Shown: positions 9,349-19,792, counted from the first letter of the stretch. The stretch: DNA of 64,000 nucleotides from an uncultured Clostridia bacterium (GCA_963542015.1 CAUTUX010000005.1:9557-73556); one strand, 5' to 3'. Translations and numbers: made by a program. The notes: generated by a model from the letters alone, not told the origin.

Positions 9349-10638
9349 ATGGAGTTAAAATATCAACCAAAAAAAATAATTAAAGTGGCAAAAAGCCAAG
9401 AAATGTTTAAAAGGGCATTGAATGTAATTCCTGCCGGAATATATGGGCATTTGGGTCCGGCTGAAGGATGCATGATCCCTATTGAAAATTACCCATTATA
9501 CATGTCAAAAGCACAAGGGGCATATATTTGGGATTTGGATGGCAACAAAATCATAGACTATATGTGTGCATATGGTCCAAACTTTTTGGGATATAACGAT
9601 CCAGATGTAGATGCAGCGGCAATGGAACAGTTAAAAAAAGGAAACTGTACAACTTTGGTAAGCGATGTTACCGTAGAGTTTGCTGAAAAGATGGTCGATA
9701 CAATAAACATGGCAGATTGGGCATTTTTTGCTAAAAATGGTGGAGATGTAACGGCATTCTCAGCAATGATTGCTAGGGCATATACAAATAGAAAGAAAAT
9801 GGTTCTAGTTAGGGGATTCTATCATGGCGTTGCTCCATGGATGCAGAAACTAGGTTATGCTGGTGTTGTAGAAGAAGATCTATCAAATAACCTATACATT
9901 GATTTTAATGCTCCAGAACAATTAGAAGCATTATGTAAAAAGTATCCAAATCAGATAGCAGGATTGATTGCTACACCTTATTTCCACCCAACCTTTGGAG
10001 ATAACATGTTGCCACCTGAAGGATATTGGCCACGCATAAGAGAAATATGCGATAAGAACGGTATTGTTTTGATTTTCGATGATGTTAGGGCAGGATTCAG
10101 AATAGACATGAAGGGAAGCGATTATCATTATGGAATTAAATCTGACTTGTCATGTTTCTGTAAAGCTATAGCAAACGGATACAATGTTTCTTGTATTACA
10201 GGGCAAGAGAAATTGAAAAATGCCGCTTCAGATATTGCCTATACTGGTTCATATTGGCTATCAGCAGTGCCATTTGCTGCTGGAATTGCAACATTGAAAA
10301 AGGCAAAAGAAATTGATGCAGTTGAAGGGAATAGAAAGAAAGGAATTAAATTAACAGAAGGACTTAAAGAGGTTGCAAGAGATAATGGATTCGATTTAAG
10401 AGTAACTGGTGAACCTGCAATGTTCTATATGAGACTCGGGAATGACCTACCATCAACACTGTTGCACCAAGAATGGGTAGCGGAATGTGTAAAGAGAGGA
10501 GTATTCTTTACATCGCATCATAACCACTTCATAAATGCCGCACTTACAGATGCTGACTTCCAATACACTTGGGAAGTTGCGGATGAGGCATACAAGGTAG
10601 TTAGAGCGAAGCATCCAGAAGCAAATTATATCAATTAG
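9349..10638 (+). CDS. Class III (HemL/GSA-aminomutase-like) PLP-dependent aminotransferase
   Basis: Length and motifs of aminotransferase class III (YGPNFLGY..., IFDDVRAGFR, candidate PLP-Lys in SCFCKAIANG). SD GGGAGGA upstream. Confidence 0.85.
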   Translation: MELKYQPKKIIKVAKSQEMFKRALNVIPAGIYGHLGPAEGCMIPIENYPLYMSKAQGAYIWDLDGNKIIDYMCAYGPNFLGYNDPDVDAAAMEQLKKGNCTTLVSDVTVEFAEKMVDTINMADWAFFAKNGGDVTAFSAMIARAYTNRKKMVLVRGFYHGVAPWMQKLGYAGVVEEDLSNNLYIDFNAPEQLEALCKKYPNQIAGLIATPYFHPTFGDNMLPPEGYWPRIREICDKNGIVLIFDDVRAGFRIDMKGSDYHYGIKSDLSCFCKAIANGYNVSCITGQEKLKNAASDIAYTGSYWLSAVPFAAGIATLKKAKEIDAVEGNRKKGIKLTEGLKEVARDNGFDLRVTGEPAMFYMRLGNDLPSTLLHQEWVAECVKRGVFFTSHHNHFINAALTDADFQYTWEVADEAYKVVRAKHPEANYIN

Positions 10639-10700
10639 TTTTAATAAAAAAGTACGACATGGTGCCATTGTATAGTGGTGCTTTGTTTTACCTATTAAGT

Positions 10701-10715
10701 TTACAATGATTAACT
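10701..10715. promoter_or_regulatory. Candidate Fur/PerR-family 7-1-7 operator upstream of the peroxiredoxin
   Basis: TTACAAT-G-ATTAACT matches the B. subtilis PerR box TTATAAT-N-ATTATAA at 11 of 14 positions. It is embedded in the inverted repeat AAGTT-N10-AACTT. Confidence 0.3.
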
Positions 10716-10728
10716 TTTGTAAAAATGT

Positions 10729-10758
10729 TTGTAATAAAAAACGAGATTAATGTAAAAT
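10729..10758 (+). promoter_or_regulatory. Candidate promoter of the peroxiredoxin gene
   Basis: TTGTAA (10729-10734), 18-nt spacer, TAAAAT (10753-10758) preceded by TG. Confidence 0.35.
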
Positions 10759-10784
10759 AAGACTATTCTTTAGAGGAGGAATAA

Positions 10785-11504
10785 ATGAAAAAAGAAGCAA
10801 ATGAAGAAATAAAAGAAACAGTTATGGAAATTGAAGAACCAAGGATGCCAATGTTAGGTGAAAAAGCACCTTATTTTGAAAGCATCACAACAAATGGCAA
10901 TGTATGTTTCCCAAATGATTATGCAGGAAAGTGGGTAGTTTTCTTTTCACACCCAGCAGACTTCACACCAGTATGTACAACTGAATTTATGACATTTCAG
11001 AGCAGATACGCAGAGTTTAAAAAGTTAAACACTGAACTACTTGGACTATCAATAGATTCTATATTTTCACATATTGCATGGATTAACAGCATTAAGAAAT
11101 ATCAGTATAAAGATATTAAGGATCAAGAGATCATGTTCCCTGTAATTCCTGATATCAAACAGGATGTAGCAAAATTGTACAACATGGTACACCCTAATAT
11201 TTCAACAACAAATGCAATCAGAGCGGTGTTTATAATTGACCCAAATGGAATCATTAGAACCATATTGTATTATCCATCATCAACTGGAAGAAATTTTGAT
11301 GAGATTATAAGAATACTTATTGCATTGCAGACTTCTGATAAAGAACAATGTGCAACACCTGCTGATTGGAAGCCAGGCGAAGATGTTATTGTTCCACCAG
11401 CAACATCTGTAAGCGAAGCTCGCAAGCGTTTAACCAACCAGGACGGATTCACATCATGTCAAGATTGGTTCCTTTGCTTTAAAAGGTCTAAATCAAAGCA
11501 ATAA
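10785..11504 (+). CDS. Peroxiredoxin (1-Cys/Prx6-like, AhpC/TSA family)
   Basis: Peroxidatic Cys motif HPADFTPVCTTEF. Length and C-terminal extension are typical of the Prx6 subfamily. Strong SD AGAGGAGGA. Confidence 0.9.
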   Translation: MKKEANEEIKETVMEIEEPRMPMLGEKAPYFESITTNGNVCFPNDYAGKWVVFFSHPADFTPVCTTEFMTFQSRYAEFKKLNTELLGLSIDSIFSHIAWINSIKKYQYKDIKDQEIMFPVIPDIKQDVAKLYNMVHPNISTTNAIRAVFIIDPNGIIRTILYYPSSTGRNFDEIIRILIALQTSDKEQCATPADWKPGEDVIVPPATSVSEARKRLTNQDGFTSCQDWFLCFKRSKSKQ

Positions 11505-11528
11505 AAAACAAACAAAGTATAAAATAAC

Positions 11529-11567
11529 GGATTAGATGTATTGTTTTAATACATCTATCCTTGTTTG
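11529..11567 (+). terminator. Intrinsic terminator after the peroxiredoxin gene
   Basis: GGATTAGATGTATT / AATACATCTATCC stem (one bulge) followed by TTGTTTGT. Confidence 0.8.
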
Positions 11568-12021
11568 TATAGATTACAAGTTCCTCATTTTGCAGGTATT
11601 ACCATTATGCTTATGAGAAAATCATTCTCGCATTACCGAGGCGGTTTTTTATTAAAGAGGAAGATGTATAAAAGATCGACTTAGAAAAAAATAAGAACAG
11701 AATTTAGCAATTAAGAGACATGTAGAAGAATGTAGTGTGTACAAAAAGCGTAGGGGGAAAGAGCATGAATTAATTGCACTAGCATCCTACTGTTTGTAAA
11801 CCTTCTTTCCACGGTCATAGCATTAAGAGAGAAAATGCAGAGTATGAGCTTCGCAAAGTAATACTCAATAGGAGAGCTTTATTTTCCCATCTCTATACAT
11901 TAAGCTGTTAAAACGAAGACGATAATTTGACAAAAATCTCTAAAAATTTTTTGTAGTAATAAGTAGTCAGAACAAGAACTAAAAATTCTTAAACATAAAC
12001 ATCATGCAAATTAAGATTTAT

Positions 12022-12049
12022 AAAAAAGGGAAGTTAAGCTTCCCTTTTT
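12022..12049 (-). terminator. Intrinsic (potentially bidirectional) terminator after the 12058-12978 gene
   Basis: A6-GGGAAG-ttaag-CTTCCC-T5, located 8 nt past the stop codon. Confidence 0.85.
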
Positions 12050-12057
12050 AGTAACTC

Positions 12058-12978
12058 TTATTTCTTTGGTGGAGGTACTAGCAAGGACTGACAAGATGCC
12101 ATGATTTCATTGAACTTAGGAGCGTAGCTGTCACCAGAACCAATAATTGCAACATAGTGCCTTGCAACGCATTCAACGAATTCATATTTGCCAGTTAATA
12201 GTGCTAAACAGCCATCTGGGTTGACGAAATCAAATAAAACAAACGGACGTTTTCTTTCATAGATTCCACGACCCGCCTTTGTGTTGCCTGCCTTAACTCT
12301 TAAATATGCTCCAATTGGAGGATATATTTCTTTTCCATTCTTATCTAAAGTGGCACCAACCTGGAATTGATATATTCTATCAGATTGATTTTTTGCCCAT
12401 TCAACCATAGGTCCCCAAGCCAGTTTATTTGCACTGGACAAGGCAGTTGTTATTAAGTATAACGACATCTTAACTTTTAAATATTGGTTAAGAGGATCTT
12501 TTGCTGTTGGATTAAACTTTGGACCAGTTTTGGTGAGTTCCATCATCAGACCTAAGAATGGGAAGAATGCTTTTTTAGACATATTTTTAAATATGCAAGG
12601 TAGAATACCCATAGCATCAGATGCCTTAGCTCCCTTAAAGACACCAAGTAAAGCCTTGATGCTTTTAAAGTGCATATTGATTACTTCTAAACTTTCGAGC
12701 TTTGAGCCATCTTCCATTTCAATATATCCAGGATAATCTCCTTGGACTACTTTAAAACGTTTCTTAAATGCAGATTTTTCAGCAACTTGCTCATCTAGGA
12801 AGATGATGTAGCATGATACGGGATTCGCATCATCATCAGCTCTAAAAGAAATAACAGCGTTTATGTTCTTAAATTTCTTAATATGTTTTTCAGACTCAGT
12901 TAAAGGGACCTTCATTGCGGGAAACGCCGCACGGAAGAATAACTTCGCAGTCAAAACATCTGTTTCATTAGCTTTCAT
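12058..12978 (-). CDS. Hypothetical protein, distant paralogue of the 8556-9338 product
   Basis: Intact 306-aa ORF with a terminator downstream. Blocks LFFRAAF...ESEKHIKK, ...NQYLKVKMSLYLITTA..., ...LLTGKYEFVE... align colinearly with the 260-aa protein. Confidence 0.6.
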   Translation of the reverse strand: MKANETDVLTAKLFFRAAFPAMKVPLTESEKHIKKFKNINAVISFRADDDANPVSCYIIFLDEQVAEKSAFKKRFKVVQGDYPGYIEMEDGSKLESLEVINMHFKSIKALLGVFKGAKASDAMGILPCIFKNMSKKAFFPFLGLMMELTKTGPKFNPTAKDPLNQYLKVKMSLYLITTALSSANKLAWGPMVEWAKNQSDRIYQFQVGATLDKNGKEIYPPIGAYLRVKAGNTKAGRGIYERKRPFVLFDFVNPDGCLALLTGKYEFVECVARHYVAIIGSGDSYAPKFNEIMASCQSLLVPPPKK

Positions 12979-13000
12979 AACTTAACCCCACAAAATAAGA

Positions 13001-14008
13001 CTAATCTTCATCAGACCAATCTTCGTCAGCTTCAATTTCTTTTCCTAACAATTCTTTAACGGTTTCTACGATACCTGAAGAATCAAGTTTGTATCTTGCA
13101 TACAAATCTTCAGGATAGCCAATAACACTGAATTCATCTGGAATACCAAGTTTTGTAAAGGCACAACCCTTACCAGACTCAGCAATAACTGAAGCGACAG
13201 CGTCACCTAATCCACCCATGATATTATGTTCTTCAATAGTGAGGATTCTTCTCGTATCAAGAACAGCTTTCATTATAGCTTCTTTATCTATAGGTTTAAT
13301 TGTATGCATGTTAAGAACACGAACTGTAACCCCGTCACGCTTTAACTCTTTAGCAGCTTCTAAAGACTGTAGAGTAGGAGTTCCGCAAACAATAATTGTT
13401 AAATCAGAACCTTCATGCAACTGCATAGCTTTTCCGATTTGGAAATCGAATTTTTCATTATCATGCATAGGTGGTTCAAATCCACGACCGACTCTCATAT
13501 AGAAAGGTCCAGGGATATCGACACAAGCACGAACAGCTTTTGCAGTTTCAAATCCATCTGCAGGTATAACAACCGTCATATTAGGTATAGCACGCATAAC
13601 GGCAATATCCTCAATACAGTGGTGTGTTGTTCCAGCTGTTCCGAAAGATAATCCACCGTGAGTTGCAATGACCTTTACAGGTAATTTTTGATAAGCACAG
13701 TCTGTTCTAATTTGTTCACCACCTCTTAGACAAGCAAAAATTGCAAATGTTGATGCAAATGGTATTAAACCAGTTTTTGCTAATCCAGCAGCAACACCAA
13801 ACAAGTTTTGTTCAGCAATACCTACATTAAATAATCTGTCAGGGAATTTATCTCCCAAAAATGCTATATTTGTTGATTTTGCCAAGTCAGCAGTAACGCC
13901 GACGATACGTGGATCCTTCTCGCTTAATTCTGCAAGAACACGTCCATAAATTTCTCTTGATGCCATTTTATTCGCATCATAAACTGACCATGAAGTTCCT
14001 TCTGCCAT
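13001..14008 (-). CDS. Transketolase, C-terminal (pyrimidine-binding) subunit
   Basis: FNVGIAEQNLFGVAAGLA, ATHGGLSFGTAGTTHH motifs. Split-transketolase arrangement with the upstream gene. Confidence 0.92.
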   Translation of the reverse strand: MAEGTSWSVYDANKMASREIYGRVLAELSEKDPRIVGVTADLAKSTNIAFLGDKFPDRLFNVGIAEQNLFGVAAGLAKTGLIPFASTFAIFACLRGGEQIRTDCAYQKLPVKVIATHGGLSFGTAGTTHHCIEDIAVMRAIPNMTVVIPADGFETAKAVRACVDIPGPFYMRVGRGFEPPMHDNEKFDFQIGKAMQLHEGSDLTIIVCGTPTLQSLEAAKELKRDGVTVRVLNMHTIKPIDKEAIMKAVLDTRRILTIEEHNIMGGLGDAVASVIAESGKGCAFTKLGIPDEFSVIGYPEDLYARYKLDSSGIVETVKELLGKEIEADEDWSDED

Positions 14009-14025
14009 AATTTCCTCCTATTCCC

Positions 14026-14856
14026 TTAATTCATCGATTTAATATCGTTAATTGCTTCTTTTTTCAGATCTGAGTTAATAGCACCATAATGCCATTGAAC
14101 TTTGCCTTGGAATTGCTTTACCCCAAAGCCCTTTTCTGTTTCTGAAATAATACATGTTGGTGAACCCTTGTGAGCCCAAGCTTCAGCCAACGCTTTATCA
14201 ACCTGTTCCATATCATTTCCGTTACATACAATTACATGCCAGTTGAATGCTTTTAATTTAGCATCAAGAGGATTTAATGCCATAACTTCTTCTGTAGGAC
14301 CATCAATCATCATTTTATTTCTATCTATAATACAAATAAGATTTTCCAATTTATAATGAGCTCCAGCCATAAAAGCTTCCCAGTTAGAACCTTCACCAAG
14401 CTCACCATCACCAGTTATACATACAACTTTTGCATTGATTTTTTGATATCTTAATCCGAGAGCCATACCGACAGCCATTGGCATTCCATGACCCAATGAT
14501 CCAGTAGATGCATCACAACCTGTAATTTTCTTTGAATCAGGATGCATCCCGTATGCAGATTCATATTTGTTAAATGTCTTTAATGATTCCATAGGAACAA
14601 ATCCACGCATTGCAAGCGTAGGAACATAGCCTAAGGCACAATGACCTTTTGATAAGATAAATCTATCTCTTTCCTTCATATCTGGTTTTTTTGGATCGAT
14701 ATTGAGATATTTGAAGTATAGAGCAGTCAACATATCTGCAACAGAAAGCGAACCGCCTACATGACCTGAACCAGCATTAAAAGTTGTTTCTATAATATTT
14801 ATACGCAACTCTTTAGCCTTATCTTTTAATTCTTGTACTGATAAATTATTTGGCAT
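14026..14856 (-). CDS. Transketolase, N-terminal (TPP-binding) subunit
   Basis: SGHVGGSLS, ILSKGH, GSLGHG, ITGDGELGEGSNWEA motifs. ATG 14856 (MPNNLSVQELK) has SD GGAAGGAGGGG. The longer ORF-track start has none. Confidence 0.92.
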   Translation of the reverse strand: MPNNLSVQELKDKAKELRINIIETTFNAGSGHVGGSLSVADMLTALYFKYLNIDPKKPDMKERDRFILSKGHCALGYVPTLAMRGFVPMESLKTFNKYESAYGMHPDSKKITGCDASTGSLGHGMPMAVGMALGLRYQKINAKVVCITGDGELGEGSNWEAFMAGAHYKLENLICIIDRNKMMIDGPTEEVMALNPLDAKLKAFNWHVIVCNGNDMEQVDKALAEAWAHKGSPTCIISETEKGFGVKQFQGKVQWHYGAINSDLKKEAINDIKSMN

Positions 14857-15296
14857 AATTTTGCCCCTCCTTCCCCTAAGATGAGTAAAAAACTCTATAA
14901 ACAATTTTAAAGCATTGCAAATAGTCATTTCAATAGTAAAAACCAACAAAAAGAGGCGAATAGAGGATTAATATTGCAAAATTATCAATTCGAACGAAGG
15001 ATAGCAAATAAAAAAATTAGTAACTTTAGAAAAAACTATGTAAAAAGATCCTAGATATGGAAGCAAACATGTGGCGAATTATAGTAAAGCTTTTAGATTG
15101 GAGAGCATGTTTCATAAGAAACAAATATAAAATCAAAACCAGACGACAAAGTTTTAATAGATAAAAAAACAAAACAAGATGTAGATAAAAACGAACAATA
15201 AAATCAAAGCAACAATCTGGCAAAGCGAGGAAGTTACCATTTTTAAAAGTTTAATTTTATTGCAGGTTTATATGCAAACCGTGTTGGCAATTTTTG

Positions 15297-15325
15297 TTGA
15301 CATAAAAATTAAATATTGATAGCAT
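15297..15325 (+). promoter_or_regulatory. Candidate sigma-A promoter of the rpsL operon
   Basis: TTGACA (15297-15302), 17-nt spacer, TAGCAT (15320-15325) with upstream TG. Confidence 0.5.
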
Positions 15326-15466
15326 TACCTAGCTTGTAAAAACTTACAAAGTTTTTTTAGTATGTGAAGATATTTACAAAAAATCAAATGGTGTGGATTT
15401 CAGTAGATATTAATGATTGCATCCAGTGGTTGAGGATACATTCGGAATAAATTAGGAGGAAAGAAG

Positions 15467-15838
15467 ATGCCAACAATTAATCAGCTGATTAAAAAGGGTC
15501 GTAAGAAACAGGAAGCAAAGTGCCAGACACCTATACTACAGCAATGCCCACAAAAGAGAGGTATTTGTTTAAGTGTCACAACAACATCACCAAAGAAACC
15601 TAACTCCGCTATGAGAAAGATAGCAAGAGTAAGACTAGTAAATGGTATGGAAGGTACAGTATATATTCCTGGTATCGGACACAATCTGCAAGAACACAGC
15701 GTTGTTCTTATAAGAGGTGGAAGAGTTAAGGACCTTCCGGGTGTTAGATATCACATAATCCGTGGAGCACTCGATGCAGCCGGGGTTGCAAAAAGAAACC
15801 AGGCAAGAAGCAAATATGGTGCAAAACGCCCTAAATAA
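15467..15838 (+). CDS. rpsL: 30S ribosomal protein S12
   Basis: [12 protein letters not shown]...[10 protein letters not shown]...[26 protein letters not shown]. Confidence 0.98.
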   Translation: MPTINQLIKKGRKKQEAKCQTPILQQCPQKRGICLSVTTTSPKKPNSAMRKIARVRLVNGMEGTVYIPGIGHNLQEHSVVLIRGGRVKDLPGVRYHIIRGALDAAGVAKRNQARSKYGAKRPK

Positions 15839-15872
15839 TAAAATTAACGAAATAAGATAGGAGGAAACAAAT

Positions 15873-16343
15873 ATGCCAAGAAGAAGCGGCGTTCCAAAGA
15901 GAGACGTGTTGCCAGATCCAATATTTAACAGCAAAACTGTAACAAAGTTGGTTAATCAAGTAATGTTGGATGGAAAAAAGGGAATAGCTCAAAAAATAGT
16001 ATATGAAGCATTCGAAACAGCAGAGAAAAAATTATCAGTAAAAGCAATAGATATATTTGAAAAGGCATTGGACAATGTTAGACCAGTACTTGAAGTAAAA
16101 GCAAGAAGAGTTGGCGGTTCTACATATCAAGTTCCAATGGAAATAAAAGAAGATAGAAGACAAACACTTGCAATTCGTTGGATTGTTGATTTTGCAAGAA
16201 AAAGAAGCGAAAGAACAATGATGGAGAGACTTTCTGGTGAATTGATAGATGCATATAACGAAACAGGTGGATCTGTTAAGAAGAAAGAGGAAATGCATCG
16301 TATGGCAGAAGCAAATAAGGCATTTGCACATTTCAGGTGGTAA
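15873..16343 (+). CDS. rpsG: 30S ribosomal protein S7
   Basis: MPRR...PDPIFNS..VTKLVN.VMLDGKK; ends ...AFAHFRW. Confidence 0.98.
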   Translation: MPRRSGVPKRDVLPDPIFNSKTVTKLVNQVMLDGKKGIAQKIVYEAFETAEKKLSVKAIDIFEKALDNVRPVLEVKARRVGGSTYQVPMEIKEDRRQTLAIRWIVDFARKRSERTMMERLSGELIDAYNETGGSVKKKEEMHRMAEANKAFAHFRW

Positions 16344-16345
16344 CC

Positions 16346-18427
16346 ATGAGAGAATACTCATTAGATAATGTAAGAAATATTGGAATCATGGCACATATAG
16401 ATGCCGGAAAAACAACAACCACAGAGCGTATTCTTTTTTATACAGGTGTTAACAGAAAATTGGGTGAAACACATGATGGTTCTGCAACAATGGACTTCAT
16501 GGATCAAGAGAGAGAAAGAGGAATAACGATTGCTTCTGCAGCAACAACAGCAACATGGAAAGGACACCAAATTAATATTATTGATACCCCAGGACACGTT
16601 GACTTCACAGTTGAGGTTGAAAGAAGCCTGAGAGTTTTGGATGGAGCTGTTGCAGTATTTTGTGCAAAGGGTGGAGTTGAAGCTCAGAGTGAAAATGTAT
16701 GGAGACAGGCAAATACATATAAAGTTCCAAGAATTGCATTCGTAAACAAAATGGATATGAATGGGGCAAACTTTGACAATGTTCTCAAAGCAATGAAAGA
16801 AAGACTTGGAGCAAAGACAGTTGTTTGTGCGTTACCAATTGGGCAAGAAAGTGATTTTGAAGCTGTTATAGACATAATGAAGATGAAAGCACTTTACTTC
16901 AGTGAAGCCGACAAAGGTGTAACAATTGAAGAAAAAGAAATCCCAGCAGCGTATAAAGCAAAAGCGGAAGCAGCAAGAAAAGCATTAATAGAGGCAGCTG
17001 CAGATTTTGATGAAGCATTGTTTGAAAAAGTTGTAATGGAAGATTATGACTCTATAACAAACGAAGAAGTTGAAAAAGCATTAAGAAAAGGTACGATTGA
17101 CATGCAGATAACACCTGTTTTCTGCGGTTCATCATACAAGAACAAGGGTGTACAACTAATGCTCGATGGCGTTGTTAAGTACTTGCCAAGCCCACTCGAT
17201 GTTGGAGAGATTAAAGGAATAAATCCAAAGACAGAAGAGGAAGAGGTAAGGAAGCCAGACGACAAGGATTCATTCTCAGCATTGGTATTTAAGATTGTAA
17301 CTGACCCATATGTAGGAAAGTTATCATTTATTAGAATTTATTCAGGAACATTGGCAGTTGGCTCAAGTGTATACAATTCAAAGAAAGCTCAAATGGAAAG
17401 AATTGGTAGAATTGTAAGAATACATGCAGATAATAGAACAGATATCGAAGAAGCATATGCTGGAGATATTGTTGCAATAGTTGGGTTAAAGATTAGCACA
17501 ACAGGTGAAACACTGTGTGATAAAGCAAAACCAATTGCATTGGAAAGTATGGTATTTCCAGATCCTGTTATCAAAGTTGCAATTGAACCAAAGACAAAAG
17601 CAAGCCAGGAAAAGATGGCGAACGCAATTGTTAAGTTACAAGAAGAAGATCCAACATTTAGAGCATATACAGATAAAGAGACAGGGCAGACAATTATCGC
17701 TGGAATGGGAGAACTCCACCTTGACATTATAGTGGATAGAATGTTCAGAGAATTCAAGGTTGAGGCGAATGTTGGACAGCCACAAGTAAGCTATAAAGAA
17801 ACAATTAGAAAATCAGCACAGGCAGAAGGAAAGTATATCAGACAGAGCGGTGGACATGGTCAGTATGGTCATTGCGTAATTGTCCTTGAACCAAATGAAG
17901 GTAAAGGATATGAATTTACAAATGAAACAGTTGGCGGAATCATACCAAAAGAATTTGCAAATGCTATAAATGAAGGGATAAAAGATGCATGCAAGTCTGG
18001 TGTTTTAGCTGGATATGATACAGTTGACTTTAAAGTTAAAGTTATTGATGGAAGCACACACGAGGTAGATAGCTCAGAAATGGCATTTAAAATTGCTGGT
18101 TCTATGGCATTTAGAGCAGCAGCAGAAAAAGCAAATCCAGTTCTTTTAGAACCAATTATGAAAGTTGAGGTAAAAACTCCAGATGATTATCTTGGTGATG
18201 TTATGAAGAGTATTACTGGAAGAAGAGGTTCGGTAAAGGGAATTGAAGCAATCGGAGGATCTCAAGTTGTTGAGAGTGATGTCCCATTATCAGAAATGTT
18301 CGGATACGCAACAGCATTAAGAAGTGTAACTCAGGGCAGAGCGTCATTTACAATGATATTTGATAGATATGCTGAAGTTCCAAAGAATGTTGCTGAAAAA
18401 ATAATACAGACAGGTGCAAAGAAGTAA
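16346..18427 (+). CDS. fusA: Elongation factor G
   Basis: G motifs [24 protein letters not shown] 16346 (MREYSL) is preferred over the GTG at 16337. Confidence 0.98.
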   Translation: MREYSLDNVRNIGIMAHIDAGKTTTTERILFYTGVNRKLGETHDGSATMDFMDQERERGITIASAATTATWKGHQINIIDTPGHVDFTVEVERSLRVLDGAVAVFCAKGGVEAQSENVWRQANTYKVPRIAFVNKMDMNGANFDNVLKAMKERLGAKTVVCALPIGQESDFEAVIDIMKMKALYFSEADKGVTIEEKEIPAAYKAKAEAARKALIEAAADFDEALFEKVVMEDYDSITNEEVEKALRKGTIDMQITPVFCGSSYKNKGVQLMLDGVVKYLPSPLDVGEIKGINPKTEEEEVRKPDDKDSFSALVFKIVTDPYVGKLSFIRIYSGTLAVGSSVYNSKKAQMERIGRIVRIHADNRTDIEEAYAGDIVAIVGLKISTTGETLCDKAKPIALESMVFPDPVIKVAIEPKTKASQEKMANAIVKLQEEDPTFRAYTDKETGQTIIAGMGELHLDIIVDRMFREFKVEANVGQPQVSYKETIRKSAQAEGKYIRQSGGHGQYGHCVIVLEPNEGKGYEFTNETVGGIIPKEFANAINEGIKDACKSGVLAGYDTVDFKVKVIDGSTHEVDSSEMAFKIAGSMAFRAAAEKANPVLLEPIMKVEVKTPDDYLGDVMKSITGRRGSVKGIEAIGGSQVVESDVPLSEMFGYATALRSVTQGRASFTMIFDRYAEVPKNVAEKIIQTGAKK

Positions 18428-18508
18428 AAGATTTGTTGCAATATTGTCTTGTATGATATAATCTAAAAACGATTAAAAATATATAAATAAATTGGAGGAA
18501 ATTTAAAA

Positions 18509-19714
18509 ATGGCAAAAGCTAAATTTGAAAGAACAAAACCACACATTAACATTGGTACAATTGGACACGTTGACCATGGTAAGACAACCCTTACAGCAGC
18601 ATTGACAATGTACAGTGCATCAAAGGGTGGTGCTCAGATCATGAAGTATGATGAAATTGATAAGGCACCTGAAGAAAAGGCAAGAGGAATCACGATAAGC
18701 ACATCTCACGTAGAATATGAGACACCAAATCGTCACTATGCACACGTTGACTGTCCTGGACACGCTGACTATGTTAAAAACATGATCACTGGTGCTGCAC
18801 AGATGGACGGAGCAATCTTAGTTGTTGCTGCATCTGATGGACCAATGCCACAAACTCGTGAGCACATCTTGTTGGCAAGACAGGTTGGAGTTCCATATAT
18901 CATTGTTTTCATGAACAAATGTGATCAGGTTGATGATCCTGAATTGTTAGAACTTGTTGAGATGGAGATCCGTGATTTATTAACAGAATATGATTTCCCT
19001 GGTGACAAGACACCTATCATCAAAGGTTCTGCATTAAAAGCTATGGAAGCAGGTCTTGCAGGAAAGTGGGACGATCCAGCATTCAAACCAATTGAAGAGT
19101 TGTTAAGTGCTGTTGATAGCTATATCCCAAATCCAAAGAGAGATACAGATAAACCATTCCTTATGCCTGTAGAAGATGTATTCACAATCACAGGACGTGG
19201 AACAGTTGCAACAGGAAGAGTTGAAAGAGGAACACTTAAAGTTGGTGACAAAGTTGAGTTAGTTGGTCTTTCAACAGAAAAGAAAGAAACAACAGTAACA
19301 GGAATTGAAATGTTTAGAAAGATGTTGGACTTTGCAGAAGGCGGAGACAATATTGGGGCATTGTTACGTGGTATTCAGAGAGAAGATATCCAGAGAGGAC
19401 AAGTTCTTGCAAAACCAGGTACAATCCAACCACACACAACATTTACAAGTCAGGTTTACGTATTAACAAAGGAAGAAGGTGGAAGACATACTCCATTCTT
19501 AAATGGTTATCGTCCGCAGTTCTATTTCAGAACAACCGATGTTACAGGAACAATCACACTTCCAAAAGATAAGGAAATGGTTATGCCTGGTGACCATATT
19601 GATATGGAAATCAAGTTAATCACACCAATTGCTATAGAAGAAGGACTTCGTTTTGCTATCCGTGAAGGTGGTAGAACAGTTGGTTCAGGTGTTGTTTCAA
19701 AAATTATTGAATAA
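18509..19714 (+). CDS. tuf: Elongation factor Tu
   Basis: [21 protein letters not shown]; full-length EF-Tu. Confidence 0.99.
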   Translation: MAKAKFERTKPHINIGTIGHVDHGKTTLTAALTMYSASKGGAQIMKYDEIDKAPEEKARGITISTSHVEYETPNRHYAHVDCPGHADYVKNMITGAAQMDGAILVVAASDGPMPQTREHILLARQVGVPYIIVFMNKCDQVDDPELLELVEMEIRDLLTEYDFPGDKTPIIKGSALKAMEAGLAGKWDDPAFKPIEELLSAVDSYIPNPKRDTDKPFLMPVEDVFTITGRGTVATGRVERGTLKVGDKVELVGLSTEKKETTVTGIEMFRKMLDFAEGGDNIGALLRGIQREDIQRGQVLAKPGTIQPHTTFTSQVYVLTKEEGGRHTPFLNGYRPQFYFRTTDVTGTITLPKDKEMVMPGDHIDMEIKLITPIAIEEGLRFAIREGGRTVGSGVVSKIIE

Positions 19715-19756
19715 GATTTGTAAGTAGTATTTTAAAAGAGCGGAAATAAGACAAAT

Positions 19757-19792
19757 GTAAAATTTTCACACATATTTTGTGTGAAAATTTAC
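19757..19792. repeat. 14-15 bp inverted repeat (hairpin) between tuf and rpmG
   Basis: GTAAAATTTTCACAC-atatttt-GTGTGAAAATTTAC. No clear U-tract follows it on the + strand. Confidence 0.6.

Noticed and set aside
12031-12038. AAGTTAAG word inside the loop/stem of the terminator at 12022-12049, identical to the rbr-promoter repeat.
   Set aside because: It forms part of a canonical terminator stem-loop downstream of two convergent genes. It is most likely a coincidental match of an AT-rich octamer.
13001-14856. Transketolase split into two ORFs, possibly a frameshifted pseudogene.
   Set aside because: The two ORFs correspond exactly to the N- and C-terminal subunits of the well-known split transketolases of Firmicutes and Archaea. 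Each has its own start and SD, and they are separated by a clean 17-nt gap.
15026-15223. 65-aa ORF (-) in the tkt-rpsL intergenic region.
   Set aside because: No SD and no recognisable family. It has a hydrophobic low-complexity composition derived from an A-rich + strand. It is more likely non-coding promoter or spacer DNA.
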